Assembly (NCBI GenBank): GCA_042216015.1 | Contig: JBDGUI010000049.1 | Span: 1 to 50,148 of the forward strand | From: Halodesulfurarchaeum sp. | GTDB lineage: Archaea; Halobacteriota; Halobacteria; Halobacteriales; Halobacteriaceae | Direction: 5' to 3' | DNA: 50,148 bases | Part shown: positions 39,431 through 49,440 of the stretch, in pieces | Numbering within the stretch: position 1 is the stretch's first letter | How the letters are laid out: every line of letters starts with the position of its first letter | Position numbers and translations under genes: made by a program | Notes under the pieces: model-generated | What the model was told of the DNA's origin: nothing | Databases searched by the model: none | The model's input: the letters and a program-made list of their open reading frames with translations, nothing else

Positions 39431-42127
39431 TCACCCGGTGTTTTTCATCCCGGCCGCGATGCCCTTCACGGTCAGTCGAAGGGTGCGCTCCTCCTGGGGC
39501 GTGCGGTGCGAGCGGGAGAGCAACTCGATCTGGAGGAAGTTCAGCGGATCCACGTAGGGGTTCCGTCTGTCGAGACTCTCGCGGAGCCACGACCGATCGA
39601 CCAGATCCTCGCGGGGGATGATGTCGAGGACGGTCGACACGGAGCGCTCGTACTCCCGTTCGATCTCCGGGAAGATCCGCGTTCTGAGATCCGAATCCGC
39701 GAGGTCGGCGTACTCCTCGGCAATCTCCATCTCCGTGCGGGCCAACGAGAGTGCCGCGTTGTCGAGCATCGTCTGGAAGAACGGCCAGGACTCATACATC
39801 GCCTCGAGACGCTGGAGGCCATCCTCGGTTTCCTCGAGGTAGGATTCGATTGCCGAGCCGATCCCGTACCAGCCCGGAATAATCGCCCGCGACTGTGTCC
39901 AGGCGAACACCCACGGGATTGCACGCAGGTCCTCGACGTTGCGCTCGTCGCTCCGGGAGGCGGGCCGGGAACCCAGGTTGAGCCCCTCGATCACCGTGAT
40001 CGGCGTCGTCTGCTCGAAGTAGGTGACGAAGCCGTCAGTTTCGAGGAGATCTCGGTAGGTCTGCCTGGCGGTCCCGGCCATCTCCGCCATCGCGTCGACC
40101 CAGGGCTCGGGAAGTGTGGTGTCAGATTCGGTCAGGTTCGCGTGTCTGGCCCGGATCTGGGCGTTGAGCATCTGTCCCATCTCCCGCCGGGCGATGCGGG
40201 CATTGCCGTATTTCTCCGCGATTGCCTCGCCCTGCTGGGTGAACTTGACCTCGCCGGTCACCGTCTTCTTCGGGAGGGCGAGGAGGGCGTCGTTCATCGG
40301 CCCGCCCCCACGGGAAATCGTCCCCCCGCGCCCGTGGAACAGGCGGAGTTCGACGCCGTAGTCGTCGGTGATCTCCGCCAGCCGGCGCTGGGCGCGGTCG
40401 AGTTCCCAGTTCGCGGCGAGGTAGCCGTTTTCCTTGTTCGAGTCCGAGTACCCGAGCATGATCTCCTGCACGTCATCCCGGGCGGCAACCGCGGCCCCGT
40501 AGGCCTCGTTGTCGAACAGCGTCCCGATGATCTCCCGGGCGTTCGAGAGGGCGGATTCGGTCTCGAGCAGCGGGACGATGTCCAGCCCGGCATACCCCGG
40601 CAGATCGACGACACCGGCCTGATCGGCCAAAAAGAGCACCTCGAGAACGTGACTCGGCTCCTCGGTCATGCTGATACAGTAGGCGTCGATGCTCTCGGGG
40701 CCGAACTCCGCGTGCCAGTCCGCAAGCCGGTCGAACCGCTCGAGGACCACGGCGGTCTCCTCCTCGAAATCCGCCCGATCCTCGAGGTCGATGACGTCGT
40801 CCTGTCGAGTGATCGCCTCGGTGAGGAACTCCTGGCGCTCGGCTTCGGACATTCCGGCGTAATCGATGTCCTCAGCCCCGAGCGCGACCGAGAGGGCCTG
40901 GGTGTGCTGTTGCTGGTGATCCCTGAGGTCCAGGGAGGCGAGATAAAACCCGAAAGTCTGTACCTGCCGCTCGAGGGGGGAGACGAACTCGGAGACGATC
41001 GACTCGAGGCCTTCCGTTCGAAGTGCGTCTCCAAGGAGGGAGAGGTCGGCCAAGAGCGCCTCGCTGTCCTCGTACCCCCCGGGTCGAACGCTTTCGACGC
41101 GATCGACACGCTCGCGAATCACCGTAACCGCCTGTCGGAACGGTTCGTGGGGATACCGCTCGGCGGCCGTCTCGGCGATGGACTCGGTCGTCTTTTCGCC
41201 CGTCAGGATCGATTCGAGATTCTCGCTTTCGTCCATCCGGGTGCCGTCCTGGCTCAACACGCCGAGGAGATCATCGAGCGAGTCGCGATAGCGTTCGAGG
41301 GCCAGGGACCGCTGGCGGTGAAGGGTCCTGTCGGTGACCTCCGGGGTGACGTTCGGGTTTCCGTCCGCGTCGCTCCCGGCCCAGGACCGGAACTCGAGGA
41401 CGTGGCTCGGCTGGGGCGGATTCTCGAAGCTCTCTTCGAGGGCCGTCTCCAGTTCGTCGTACACCTCGGGGATAACGTCGAAGACGACGTTGTCGAGGTA
41501 CCACTGGACGTTACGTGCCTCATCGAAGGGTTCCGGACGTCGATCCCGGATGTGTTTGGTCGTATAGAGACTCTCGACGACGGCCTCCAGCCGGGTTTCG
41601 AGGGCGGTCTGCTCCTCGGTGGTCAGGCGTCGTTCATCGAGATCCTCGAGGATCTGACCCACCCGCTGGAGGATCCCCTTGACGGTCTTCCGCCGTGCCT
41701 CGGTCGGGTGAGCGGTGAACGTCGGGACGACGTGGACGTCCTCGAGAACCTGCTTTACCGTCTCCCCGTCGGCGCCTGCCTCGGCGAGGGCCTCCATCGC
41801 CTCGGTGATCGAGTGTGAGAGGGTGCCCTGCTGTCTGAAGGTCCTGAGGGCTCTGACTCGCTCCCGCTCCTCGGCGAGGTTGATCAGCTGGAAGTAGAGC
41901 GCAAACGCCCGCGCGAGGACCGCGTTGTTCGATTCGGAGTTCGATTCGACGACGGTCGCGAGGGCGTCCCGGTCCGACGTTCGGCCCCGCCTGTAGGCGA
42001 TCGCCTCGTTGCGCGCGGATTCGACGAGCTCGAATCCCTTCGGTGGACTGTGATCGGCGACGACGTCCCCCAGGAGGGCCCCAAGTTCGCGGACGTCTTG
42101 CCGGACGCTCCGACTGTGTAGATCCAT
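39431..42127 (-). CDS. ppc: Phosphoenolpyruvate carboxylase (bacterial/plant type)
   Basis: FTAHPTE, SWAGSDADGNP, VPLLET, MLGYSDSNKE, FHGRGGTISRGG, LRAIPWVFAWTQ, GMKNTG. Confidence 0.97.
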   Translation of the reverse strand: MDLHSRSVRQDVRELGALLGDVVADHSPPKGFELVESARNEAIAYRRGRTSDRDALATVVESNSESNNAVLARAFALYFQLINLAEERERVRALRTFRQQGTLSHSITEAMEALAEAGADGETVKQVLEDVHVVPTFTAHPTEARRKTVKGILQRVGQILEDLDERRLTTEEQTALETRLEAVVESLYTTKHIRDRRPEPFDEARNVQWYLDNVVFDVIPEVYDELETALEESFENPPQPSHVLEFRSWAGSDADGNPNVTPEVTDRTLHRQRSLALERYRDSLDDLLGVLSQDGTRMDESENLESILTGEKTTESIAETAAERYPHEPFRQAVTVIRERVDRVESVRPGGYEDSEALLADLSLLGDALRTEGLESIVSEFVSPLERQVQTFGFYLASLDLRDHQQQHTQALSVALGAEDIDYAGMSEAERQEFLTEAITRQDDVIDLEDRADFEEETAVVLERFDRLADWHAEFGPESIDAYCISMTEEPSHVLEVLFLADQAGVVDLPGYAGLDIVPLLETESALSNAREIIGTLFDNEAYGAAVAARDDVQEIMLGYSDSNKENGYLAANWELDRAQRRLAEITDDYGVELRLFHGRGGTISRGGGPMNDALLALPKKTVTGEVKFTQQGEAIAEKYGNARIARREMGQMLNAQIRARHANLTESDTTLPEPWVDAMAEMAGTARQTYRDLLETDGFVTYFEQTTPITVIEGLNLGSRPASRSDERNVEDLRAIPWVFAWTQSRAIIPGWYGIGSAIESYLEETEDGLQRLEAMYESWPFFQTMLDNAALSLARTEMEIAEEYADLADSDLRTRIFPEIEREYERSVSTVLDIIPREDLVDRSWLRESLDRRNPYVDPLNFLQIELLSRSHRTPQEERTLRLTVKGIAAGMKNTG

Positions 42128-42294
42128 GGGTTACCCTACATACGGACGGGGGGCCCTATGAACGTCAGGGAACGTCGAAGTTTTGAGTCCGGATCGATCG
42201 GAGTTGGATATTCGTCCAACAATTGGTCCATCGGGTTCGACGGGACCTCCCTCGATCCACAACTGATAGGGCGTCCCTCCTCGATGTGGGCACC

Positions 42295-42855
42295 ATGCGA
42301 TCTGTGTCGGTCCTCGCCGTGATCGGGATGGTGCTCCTTGCCGGTTGCTCGGCGGTGCCCATCGGTCCCGGGGAGGCCGTTCCCCCGGCCCGGAACGCCA
42401 CCGTCGTGGACGTGGTGGATGGGGACACCCTCGACGTCAGATTCCCCGATGGATCGACGGACACCGTTCGACTCCTCGGCATCGACACGCCGGAGGTGTA
42501 TGCCGAAACCGACCCGGCGGAGTTCGAGGGGGTTCCGGACACCGAGGTCGGTGAGGCCTGTCTCCGGGACGCCGGCGAACGGGCGACGGCCGTGGTCACC
42601 GACCGACTCGCCGATCGGGAGATCCGTCTCGAGTTCGATCCACTGGCGGATAGACGAGGGGAGTACGATCGACTGCTCGCCTACGTCGTCCTCAACGACA
42701 CGAACCTGAACTACTGGCTCGTCAAACGGGGCCACGCCCGGGTTTACGACACCGAGTTCGCGAGCGCGGGGCGATTCTACGCGGCCGAGTCGACCGCCCG
42801 GGCGGAACATCGCGGGCTCTGGACCTGTACCACACCCAAGCGGACCGCCGGCTGA
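42295..42855 (+). CDS. Thermonuclease (SNase-like) lipoprotein
   Basis: LLAGC lipobox, VVDGDT, VRLLGIDTPE, YDRLLAYV, GLW. Confidence 0.9.
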   Translation: MRSVSVLAVIGMVLLAGCSAVPIGPGEAVPPARNATVVDVVDGDTLDVRFPDGSTDTVRLLGIDTPEVYAETDPAEFEGVPDTEVGEACLRDAGERATAVVTDRLADREIRLEFDPLADRRGEYDRLLAYVVLNDTNLNYWLVKRGHARVYDTEFASAGRFYAAESTARAEHRGLWTCTTPKRTAG

Positions 42856-42891
42856 TGCGGTGTCTCTTAACGGTCTGGGGGCCGGGTCGGG

Positions 42892-43827
42892 TCACTCGAA
42901 CAGTCCTTCCTTGAGGTACCGTTCGCCGGTGTCCGGGAGGATCGTCACGACGGTTTTCGACCCGTATCCGTCCCTGGTTGCCACCCGGGAAGCGACCGCC
43001 ACTGCTGCACCGGCGGAGATGCCGGTCACGATCCCGGTTTCACGGGCGAGACGCGTCGTAGTTTTCCGGGCCTCCTCGCCCGAGACGTGGGCGATCTCGT
43101 CGACCAGCGACCGGTCGAGGACCGCGGGGACGAACCCAGCGCCGATGCCGGGAATGTCCTGACTCCCGGGCTCCCCACCGCTGAGAACGTTCGAGTCCGC
43201 CGGTTCGATGGCGATGGCCTCGAAGTCCGCACGCCCCAGGTCCCCCTTGAAGTACTGGGCGATCCCGGTGATCGTCCCCCCGGTTCCGACGCTCGCGACG
43301 AGCACGTCGACTTCGGGCAGTTGTGCTTCGATCTCCGGGCCGGTGGTCGCCCGGTGGGCTGCCGGATTTGCGGGATTTTCGAACTGGTTCGGGACGAAAA
43401 CGTCACGCTCGGCGTCGGCGATTGCATCGGCCCGTTCGATGGCCGCTGGCATCCCTTCCTCCCCCGGAGTCAGCACGAGATCGGCACCGAGGCCCCGAAG
43501 GATCTGGCGGCGTTCCCGGCTCATCGAATCGGGCATGACCAGGGTGACGTCGTGGCCCATCGCCGCCGCGGCGTGGGCCAACCCGATCCCGGTGTTCCCG
43601 CTCGTCGCCTCGACGATGGTCGTCTCCGGTCCGAGTTCGCCTTGCTCCCGTGCCGTCTCGAGCATGTTGACCGCCACCCGATCCTTCACCGAAGAGAGCG
43701 GATTGAACGATTCGAGCTTCCCATAGAGGTTCTCCGCGAAGTCGGAGAGGTGGAGCATGGGCGTGTCTCCGACGAGTTGGGTCGCGGTCTCTGCGACCCG
43801 CGGGTCGGGCGATCCCGGATCGGTCAT
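42892..43827 (-). CDS. cysK: Cysteine synthase (O-acetylserine sulfhydrylase)
   Basis: KLESFNP.SSVKDR (PLP Lys), ATSGNTG, NQFENPANP, GTGGT, GIGAGF, DTGERYL. Confidence 0.95.
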   Translation of the reverse strand: MTDPGSPDPRVAETATQLVGDTPMLHLSDFAENLYGKLESFNPLSSVKDRVAVNMLETAREQGELGPETTIVEATSGNTGIGLAHAAAAMGHDVTLVMPDSMSRERRQILRGLGADLVLTPGEEGMPAAIERADAIADAERDVFVPNQFENPANPAAHRATTGPEIEAQLPEVDVLVASVGTGGTITGIAQYFKGDLGRADFEAIAIEPADSNVLSGGEPGSQDIPGIGAGFVPAVLDRSLVDEIAHVSGEEARKTTTRLARETGIVTGISAGAAVAVASRVATRDGYGSKTVVTILPDTGERYLKEGLFE

Positions 43828-43955
43828 CGGTTTTATTCCGTTGCCGGGACGGAAAAAGACCCCAGACGCGGTGATTCCGGCGACCGCGAGGAGATCTACG
43901 GGCACGAACCACGGTTTCCCCCACGTATAATACTGTGGCAGACGACGACACTTGC

Positions 43956-44300
43956 ATGGTTTTCGGCCTCGTCGTCACCTTCGTCGTTGCACTGCTCATC
44001 GGGGGTCTCGGCATTCACCTCGGGGCCCGGATGGTCGTTGGCGAGGACGAGTACGCATACGCCGTGGAGACCGCCCTGTACGGCGCGATCGCGTGGGCAC
44101 TCACCGCCTGGATCCCGATCGTCGGGCTCCTGATCGCCCTCGTCGTCTGGGTCGGCGTCATCAACTGGCGCTATCCTGGCGGATGGGTCCAGGCGGCGGT
44201 GATCGGCATCGTCGCGTGGATCGCCGCGGCGCTGATCCTCGCAGTCATCAACGGGCTCCTCCGGTTGGGGCTGGGGGCCTTCGGCATTCCGGGGGTCTGA
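43956..44300 (+). CDS. Small multi-pass membrane protein
   Basis: Hydrophobic 114-aa ORF with YPGGW motif. Confidence 0.8.
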   Translation: MVFGLVVTFVVALLIGGLGIHLGARMVVGEDEYAYAVETALYGAIAWALTAWIPIVGLLIALVVWVGVINWRYPGGWVQAAVIGIVAWIAAALILAVINGLLRLGLGAFGIPGV

Positions 44301-44384
44301 CTCGGTCGCAGAGTGGGTCAAACGCCGCAGTTTCTCACGCGAACGTTCTTATAGAAACACGAATCACTTCGGTCTGGACCACCG

Positions 44385-45062
44385 ATGGAAACCGAACTCA
44401 CACACCGTCCCTCCGATACGCACCTGATCGTCGATCTCGAACGCGGCGAATCGATCCTGGCCGAACCGGGCGCACTCGTCGGTCACTCGGCGACCGTCAG
44501 CGTGGAAACGACGACGAGTCGCGACGGTCTCCTGAGCTCTGCAAAATCTCTACTCGGCGGGGAATCGCTGTTCGCGAACGAGTTCGTCGCGGAGCGGGGG
44601 GCTGGTCGCGTCACCCTGGCACCCGCCACGCCGGGTGACGTGATGGAACACGAACTCCACGGGGGGACCCTCTACGCGACGGACGGTTCGTTTCTCGCCG
44701 CGACGCCCGAGATCGACATCGACACGGAACTCGGCGGGTTCAAATCGATGTTCGCGGAGGCCAGTCTGACCCCGCTCGCGCTGAAGGGGACCGGCCAGGT
44801 CTTCATCGAGGCCTACGGCGGCCTCGAACGCCTCGATCTCGGCCCCGGTGAGTCCTACGTCCTCGACAACGAACACGTCATCGCCTGGGACGACCGGATC
44901 GACTTCACGACCCGGTCCATCGGCGGGCTGAAGTCGACGTTCCTGAGCGGCGAGGGGATGGTGTTCGAATTCACCGGGCCCGGAACGGCCTGGTATCAGA
45001 CCCGGGATCTCGATGCGTTCGTCTCGGAACTGGCCCCGAAACTCCCGAACGGGCAGGAGTAG
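44385..45062 (+). CDS. TIGR00266/AIM24 family protein
   Basis: AEPGALV, GGESLFAN, G.G.VF..AYGG, VLDNEHVIAW, SGEG.V..FTGPG..WYQTR. Confidence 0.9.
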   Translation: METELTHRPSDTHLIVDLERGESILAEPGALVGHSATVSVETTTSRDGLLSSAKSLLGGESLFANEFVAERGAGRVTLAPATPGDVMEHELHGGTLYATDGSFLAATPEIDIDTELGGFKSMFAEASLTPLALKGTGQVFIEAYGGLERLDLGPGESYVLDNEHVIAWDDRIDFTTRSIGGLKSTFLSGEGMVFEFTGPGTAWYQTRDLDAFVSELAPKLPNGQE

Positions 45063-45076
45063 CGCCACGAACGCGT

Positions 45077-45394
45077 TCAGGATTCCCGATCCGAGCGGGC
45101 CTCCCGGCCAAGTTCGGCCTCGACGGCGGCCACCTTCGCCTGCGCCCTGTGGTCGGCCGAGCGCTTGTCGTCGATCTTGAGCACCGTACTCACTCGATCG
45201 GCCTCGACGGCCCGGTGGGCGGCCTCGACGGCCTCGAATAGTTCCCCGACGTCGTCGGCCTCGATGGTTGTGGCCATAGGATTGGTCTCGTAGGCGACAT
45301 CGTAATCCTCGAGGGCGTCGACAGCGGCGGCCACATCGGCAGCCATGTCCCCTTCTCGAACGGGTGTGACCGACAGGAGTGCGAACACGGTCAT
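45077..45394 (-). CDS. MTH1187/YkoF-like thiamine-binding protein
   Basis: LSVTP, YETNPMATTIE, AHRAV, RVSTVLKIDD. Start ATG 45394. Confidence 0.9.
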   Translation of the reverse strand: MTVFALLSVTPVREGDMAADVAAAVDALEDYDVAYETNPMATTIEADDVGELFEAVEAAHRAVEADRVSTVLKIDDKRSADHRAQAKVAAVEAELGREARSDRES

Positions 45395-45473
45395 ACATGG
45401 ATGAACGGGTGCATTCCAGTTATCCCTAGGGGAGGCGGGGTCCGTTTTCAGTGCCAACAGTCGATCGCTACCC

Positions 45474-45694
45474 ATGAATGCACTCGTCTCCGATCTCATG
45501 GAGACCGACGTGGTGACGATCGGGATCGACCCGTTCGTACGGCCGTCAGGAGAATGAACGAGAAGGGGCTCGAACAACAGGCAATCGTCGGGGCGGGCGA
45601 GGCAGTCGGGATCGTCTTTCGGAGGCACGTTCTCGAGGCCTCCGAAACGATCATCCAGGCGGCCAACGAGGCCGAGCGCGACCCTCGACGCTGA
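45474..45694 (+). pseudogene. Frameshifted single-CBS-domain gene
   Basis: Frame A: MNALVSDLMETDVVTIGID, which then stops. Frame B continues VRTAVRRMNEKGLEQQAIVGAGEAVGIVFRRHVLEA. Joined, they give a CBS consensus. Confidence 0.6.
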
Positions 45695-45715
45695 GCGGGA
45701 GACGAATGAACCCGA

Positions 45716-46696
45716 TCAGTACCGCGGCGTCGCCAGATCGATCATCGTCGCGAGTCCGGGATCGGCCTCCTGGACTCGTGTCGCCGAGTTCACGACGACC
45801 GCGGGAGTCGTCACGTCGCCGTGGAACCCACCGTCGACAGTCACGTCGAGGTCCGGCGTTCCGGCGATCGAGACGTGGTCCCGCGGGTTTTCGGCACCCA
45901 GATACATGCTGAGATCGAGTTCGATTCGGGCCTCCCCCTCGACGATTCCGGTGCCGACCTGATGGATGCCGGCTACGTCGCCGGGGTCGGCCGTGAAGTA
46001 CTCACTCTCGGTCGGGGTGTCGGCCACGACTGGATCGATCGTCTCCTCGATCGCCTCGAGGTCCCAGTCCAGTGCGGCGGCCACCATGGCGATCGATTCT
46101 GGCAGGCCGACGTGGCCCGCATCGGGTGCGATTTCCTCGTTCCACTGCGATTCCGCAAGCCCCGCCCCGACTTTTTCCTGGAGTGGTTTGCGCCGCTCCG
46201 TGGCGTTCTGGACCCGGGTGACGGAGATCGAATCCACCTGCTGGCAGGGAGTCGTGAGGACGGCCGGGAGGGTATCCATCGCGAAGCCCGGATTGATCCC
46301 CGTCCCGAGGAATGTCTGTCCGTTCGATTCGGCGATCTCGTCCAGTTCCCTCGCGGCCTCGGGATGGTGATACCAGGGATAGGAGAGTTCCTCAGTGGTC
46401 GAGACCACGTCCGCACCCGCGGCGACGGCCGCCTCGATCTGTGGGGCGATCGCGGTGACGTCCGAGATCGTCGAGTGAAAGACCACGTCGGGTGAGGTCT
46501 CCAGGGCGATTTCGGGCTCGTCGGTCACCGGCACCCCGAGTTCGGCCCCCAGATCCGCGACCGCGCCGAGATCGGTTCCCACCTTCTCCGGATCGATGTC
46601 GATCGCCCCGACGAATTCGATGCCGCGCTGGTGGGCGACCTGGACGATGCGTTTCCCGATCGGTCCGACGCCGTACTGGACTGCTGTTCGTGTCAT
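45716..46696 (-). CDS. NAD(P)-dependent amine dehydrogenase, 2,4-diaminopentanoate dehydrogenase (Ord)/DapB-like family
   Basis: YGVGPIG Rossmann motif, VVSTTEELSYP, GTGINPGF, VGAGL, GHVGL.ES, GGFHGD..T. Confidence 0.8.
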   Translation of the reverse strand: MTRTAVQYGVGPIGKRIVQVAHQRGIEFVGAIDIDPEKVGTDLGAVADLGAELGVPVTDEPEIALETSPDVVFHSTISDVTAIAPQIEAAVAAGADVVSTTEELSYPWYHHPEAARELDEIAESNGQTFLGTGINPGFAMDTLPAVLTTPCQQVDSISVTRVQNATERRKPLQEKVGAGLAESQWNEEIAPDAGHVGLPESIAMVAAALDWDLEAIEETIDPVVADTPTESEYFTADPGDVAGIHQVGTGIVEGEARIELDLSMYLGAENPRDHVSIAGTPDLDVTVDGGFHGDVTTPAVVVNSATRVQEADPGLATMIDLATPRY

Positions 46697-48018
46697 AGGA
46701 TGTGTTCTGCCTCGAGTTCGCGGGCGACCTCCCGGCTCGCTTCGAGGAGGTCGTCGATCTGTGCTTCGGTCGTCGCATACGAGATACTTCCCATGTGCCC
46801 CGGGAGGTGGTAGTGCCCCCGGTCGATGAGACGGTCATGAAATTCGACCAGGGCTTCCCGGTCCGTCGCTTTCTCGACTGCCCCGACATCTGTCAGCGGT
46901 TCCGTTGGGTAAAAGTGCGGGCAGAAGAGCGAACTCGTGCCGAGCACCTCGGCCTCGACCCCGAGATCGTCGAAGATAGCTGTCAACTCCGTTCGCACCC
47001 GTTGGGCCTGTGACTCGGTGTACTCGTAGACCGGTTCCGAGTCGATCACGTCCAGGGTGGCAAGTCCCGCGGTCGCCGTCATGGGATTCATCGTGAAGGT
47101 GCCGCCCCCGGCCAGGACGGTCTCTTCCGGCGGAACTCCCCGGGGCTTCGTCGCCTCGAAGAGCTCGGCTCGGCCCGCCAATCCGCCGATCGGGAGGCCA
47201 CCGCCGGCCACCTTTCCGAACGTCGTCAGGTCGGGTTCGACGCCGATCCGGGCCTGATAGCTTCCCGGGGAGACCCTGAAACCGGTGACCACCTCGTCGA
47301 AGATCAGGCGGACATTCCGGGACTCGGTCTCCTCCCGGAGAAATTCGAGGAACGATGGCTCACACTCGACCCCGCCGCCGGCCAGCAGCATCGGCTCGAC
47401 GATGAGTCCCCCCACGTCGTAGGCGTCGAGCAGCCGGCTAACGGCGTCCTCGTCGTTCACCGGGAAGGCGTGGACGTGGGACTCGACCCCGGGTGGAAGG
47501 CCCCTCGTCGTGGATTCGTCGAACGGGCTGTGGACGCCCTTCGAGAGGTCCGTATTGCCGCCGTGCCAGCCGCCCTGCGCCTTGAGAACGTGGTCCTTCC
47601 CGCTCGTTGCACGGGCGATGCGGACGGCATACATCGTCGCCTCGGTCCCCGAGGAGGTGAATCTGAGCCGCTCTGCGGCCGGAAACGCGTCGAGAATCCG
47701 CCGCGCGAACCTCAGCCCGAGTTCGTTCGGTGTCCCGTAGTGGAGGCCGTCTTCGGCCTGTTCCGTTACGGCGTCGACCACGTCCGGGTGGGCGTGCCCG
47801 AGGATGCTCGTCTGATGGTTCATCCAGTAGTCGACGTACTCGTTCCCGTCCACGTCCCGGATCGTGGCGCCATCGGCCGAGTCCACATAGAGCGGGTGTG
47901 GCTCGTGGTATCTGATGTTGTGTGAGACCCCGCCGGGAAAGACGTCAGTCGCGGCCTCGTGCAGGCGTTCACTTCCAGATGGATCGAATGTGTCTCGGTT
48001 TTCACTCCCCTCTTCCAT
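46693..48018 (-). CDS. Class III PLP aminotransferase, glutamate-1-semialdehyde aminomutase-like (probably not HemL)
   Basis: PGGVS, DVDGNEYVD, SGTEATM, GGWHG, FDEVVTGFR, TFGKVAGGGLPIG, GGTFTMNP. Confidence 0.88.
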   Translation of the reverse strand: MEEGSENRDTFDPSGSERLHEAATDVFPGGVSHNIRYHEPHPLYVDSADGATIRDVDGNEYVDYWMNHQTSILGHAHPDVVDAVTEQAEDGLHYGTPNELGLRFARRILDAFPAAERLRFTSSGTEATMYAVRIARATSGKDHVLKAQGGWHGGNTDLSKGVHSPFDESTTRGLPPGVESHVHAFPVNDEDAVSRLLDAYDVGGLIVEPMLLAGGGVECEPSFLEFLREETESRNVRLIFDEVVTGFRVSPGSYQARIGVEPDLTTFGKVAGGGLPIGGLAGRAELFEATKPRGVPPEETVLAGGGTFTMNPMTATAGLATLDVIDSEPVYEYTESQAQRVRTELTAIFDDLGVEAEVLGTSSLFCPHFYPTEPLTDVGAVEKATDREALVEFHDRLIDRGHYHLPGHMGSISYATTEAQIDDLLEASREVARELEAEHIL

Positions 48019-48110
48019 ATCCGAGCACTTCTCGGGGTACCGATATCATCCTTTGGTCGTCGGTTACTAGCCGCAACTAGACCTTAGTGGTCGCCGGACG
48101 AAGCGATCAC

Positions 48111-49352
48111 ATGGACGTTCCTCCTCTCTCGGTCTGGCTGTCCCTCGCCGTCGCCTTCGGTATCGGGGCGATCATCGGGATGGAGCGAGAGCAAAGCGAG
48201 TCGGCGGGGAGCTATGCGGGCAGTCGGACGTTTCCGCTGTTTGCCCTCTACGGCGCGCTCGTCTCCGCGTACTTCCCGGGAGCGTTCCCGATCGCGCTCC
48301 TGACGATCGGATTGGCACTCACCGTCGCGTACACGGCACGGGCGTACCTGACGGAGGATCTCGGACTCACGACCCTCGCGGCCGGTCTGCTCGCGGTCGT
48401 CCTCGGGGGGATGACCGCCCACTCCGAAGGGGGGATGATCGCGGCCATCGTGATCACCGGGATCGTCGTGGTGCTCCTCTCCGCGAAGGGGCCAATTCAT
48501 CGAGTGGCCGATCACATCGGCGAGGAGGAGCGCCGGGCGAGCGTGAAGTTCGTCGTCGTGGTACTGATTGTGCTTCCTCTCCTTCCCGACCGGAATCTCG
48601 ACGTGTTGCTGGGACTCAACCCTCGATACGTCTGGCTCATGGTCGTCTTCGTCTCCGGGCTGAGTTTTGCGGCCTACCTGCTCGGGCAGACGATCGGGGC
48701 GCGACGGGGGATCGTGCTCACCGGTGTCCTGGGCGGGTTCGTCTCCTCGACGGCAACGGCGGTCTCGATGGCCGAGCGAACCCGCGCGGCCCCGGCACTG
48801 TATCAGGTCACTGCGTTTTCCGCGGTCATCGCCTCGATCGTGATGTTTCCTCGCGCGCTCGTCGAGGTGGCGGTGGTCGATCCAGCGCTCTTGCCCCTCG
48901 TCGGGGTCCCGCTTGGAGCCATGACGATCGCCGGGATCCTCATCGGGGGAATCGTGTATTGGCAGGCAGAAATCGATCACGACGTCGAGACGCACATCGA
49001 GAACCCCTTCAACCTGCGAACCGCCCTCGTCTTCGGGGCGATCTTCGCCGTCGTGTTGCTCGTCTCGGAGTACGCGAACGCGTGGCTCGGCGTGTCTGGG
49101 GTGTACGGGACGGCCTTCGTGTCCGGGCTGGCGGACGTCGATGCGATCACGCTCTCCCTGAGTACCCTCTCGGCGGGGGGTGACATTTCCGGTGAGGTCG
49201 CGACGACCGGCATCGTCATCGCGGCGATCGCCAACACCGCGGTCAAGGCGGGGATCACCTGGATACTGGGAACCAGAGCACTTGGGCGCCTCGTGACGGC
49301 CATCCTCGGGGCCGTGGTACTGGTCGGAATCGGGATCGTTCTTCTCTACTGA
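48111..49352 (+). CDS. MgtC/SapB family membrane protein with DUF4010
   Basis: GAIIGMERE, AGSRTF, GLTT, GGFVSSTAT, GLADVDAIT. Confidence 0.9.
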   Translation: MDVPPLSVWLSLAVAFGIGAIIGMEREQSESAGSYAGSRTFPLFALYGALVSAYFPGAFPIALLTIGLALTVAYTARAYLTEDLGLTTLAAGLLAVVLGGMTAHSEGGMIAAIVITGIVVVLLSAKGPIHRVADHIGEEERRASVKFVVVVLIVLPLLPDRNLDVLLGLNPRYVWLMVVFVSGLSFAAYLLGQTIGARRGIVLTGVLGGFVSSTATAVSMAERTRAAPALYQVTAFSAVIASIVMFPRALVEVAVVDPALLPLVGVPLGAMTIAGILIGGIVYWQAEIDHDVETHIENPFNLRTALVFGAIFAVVLLVSEYANAWLGVSGVYGTAFVSGLADVDAITLSLSTLSAGGDISGEVATTGIVIAAIANTAVKAGITWILGTRALGRLVTAILGAVVLVGIGIVLLY

Positions 49353-49440
49353 GCCGGGTGGGGGATTCGAAGCCGATCGAGGCGACGGGCGCGGGAACCA
49401 CAACGCCGATTGTGCCACCCCCCCGATTGTCGGGTATCCG

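Noticed and set aside
39431..42127. Bacterial-type PEP carboxylase in an archaeon as a novelty
   Set aside because: Haloarchaea are already known to carry the bacterial-type Ppc.
46693..48018. Naming this gene hemL
   Set aside because: Key motifs diverge and there are no heme biosynthesis genes nearby, so it is left as a class III aminotransferase.
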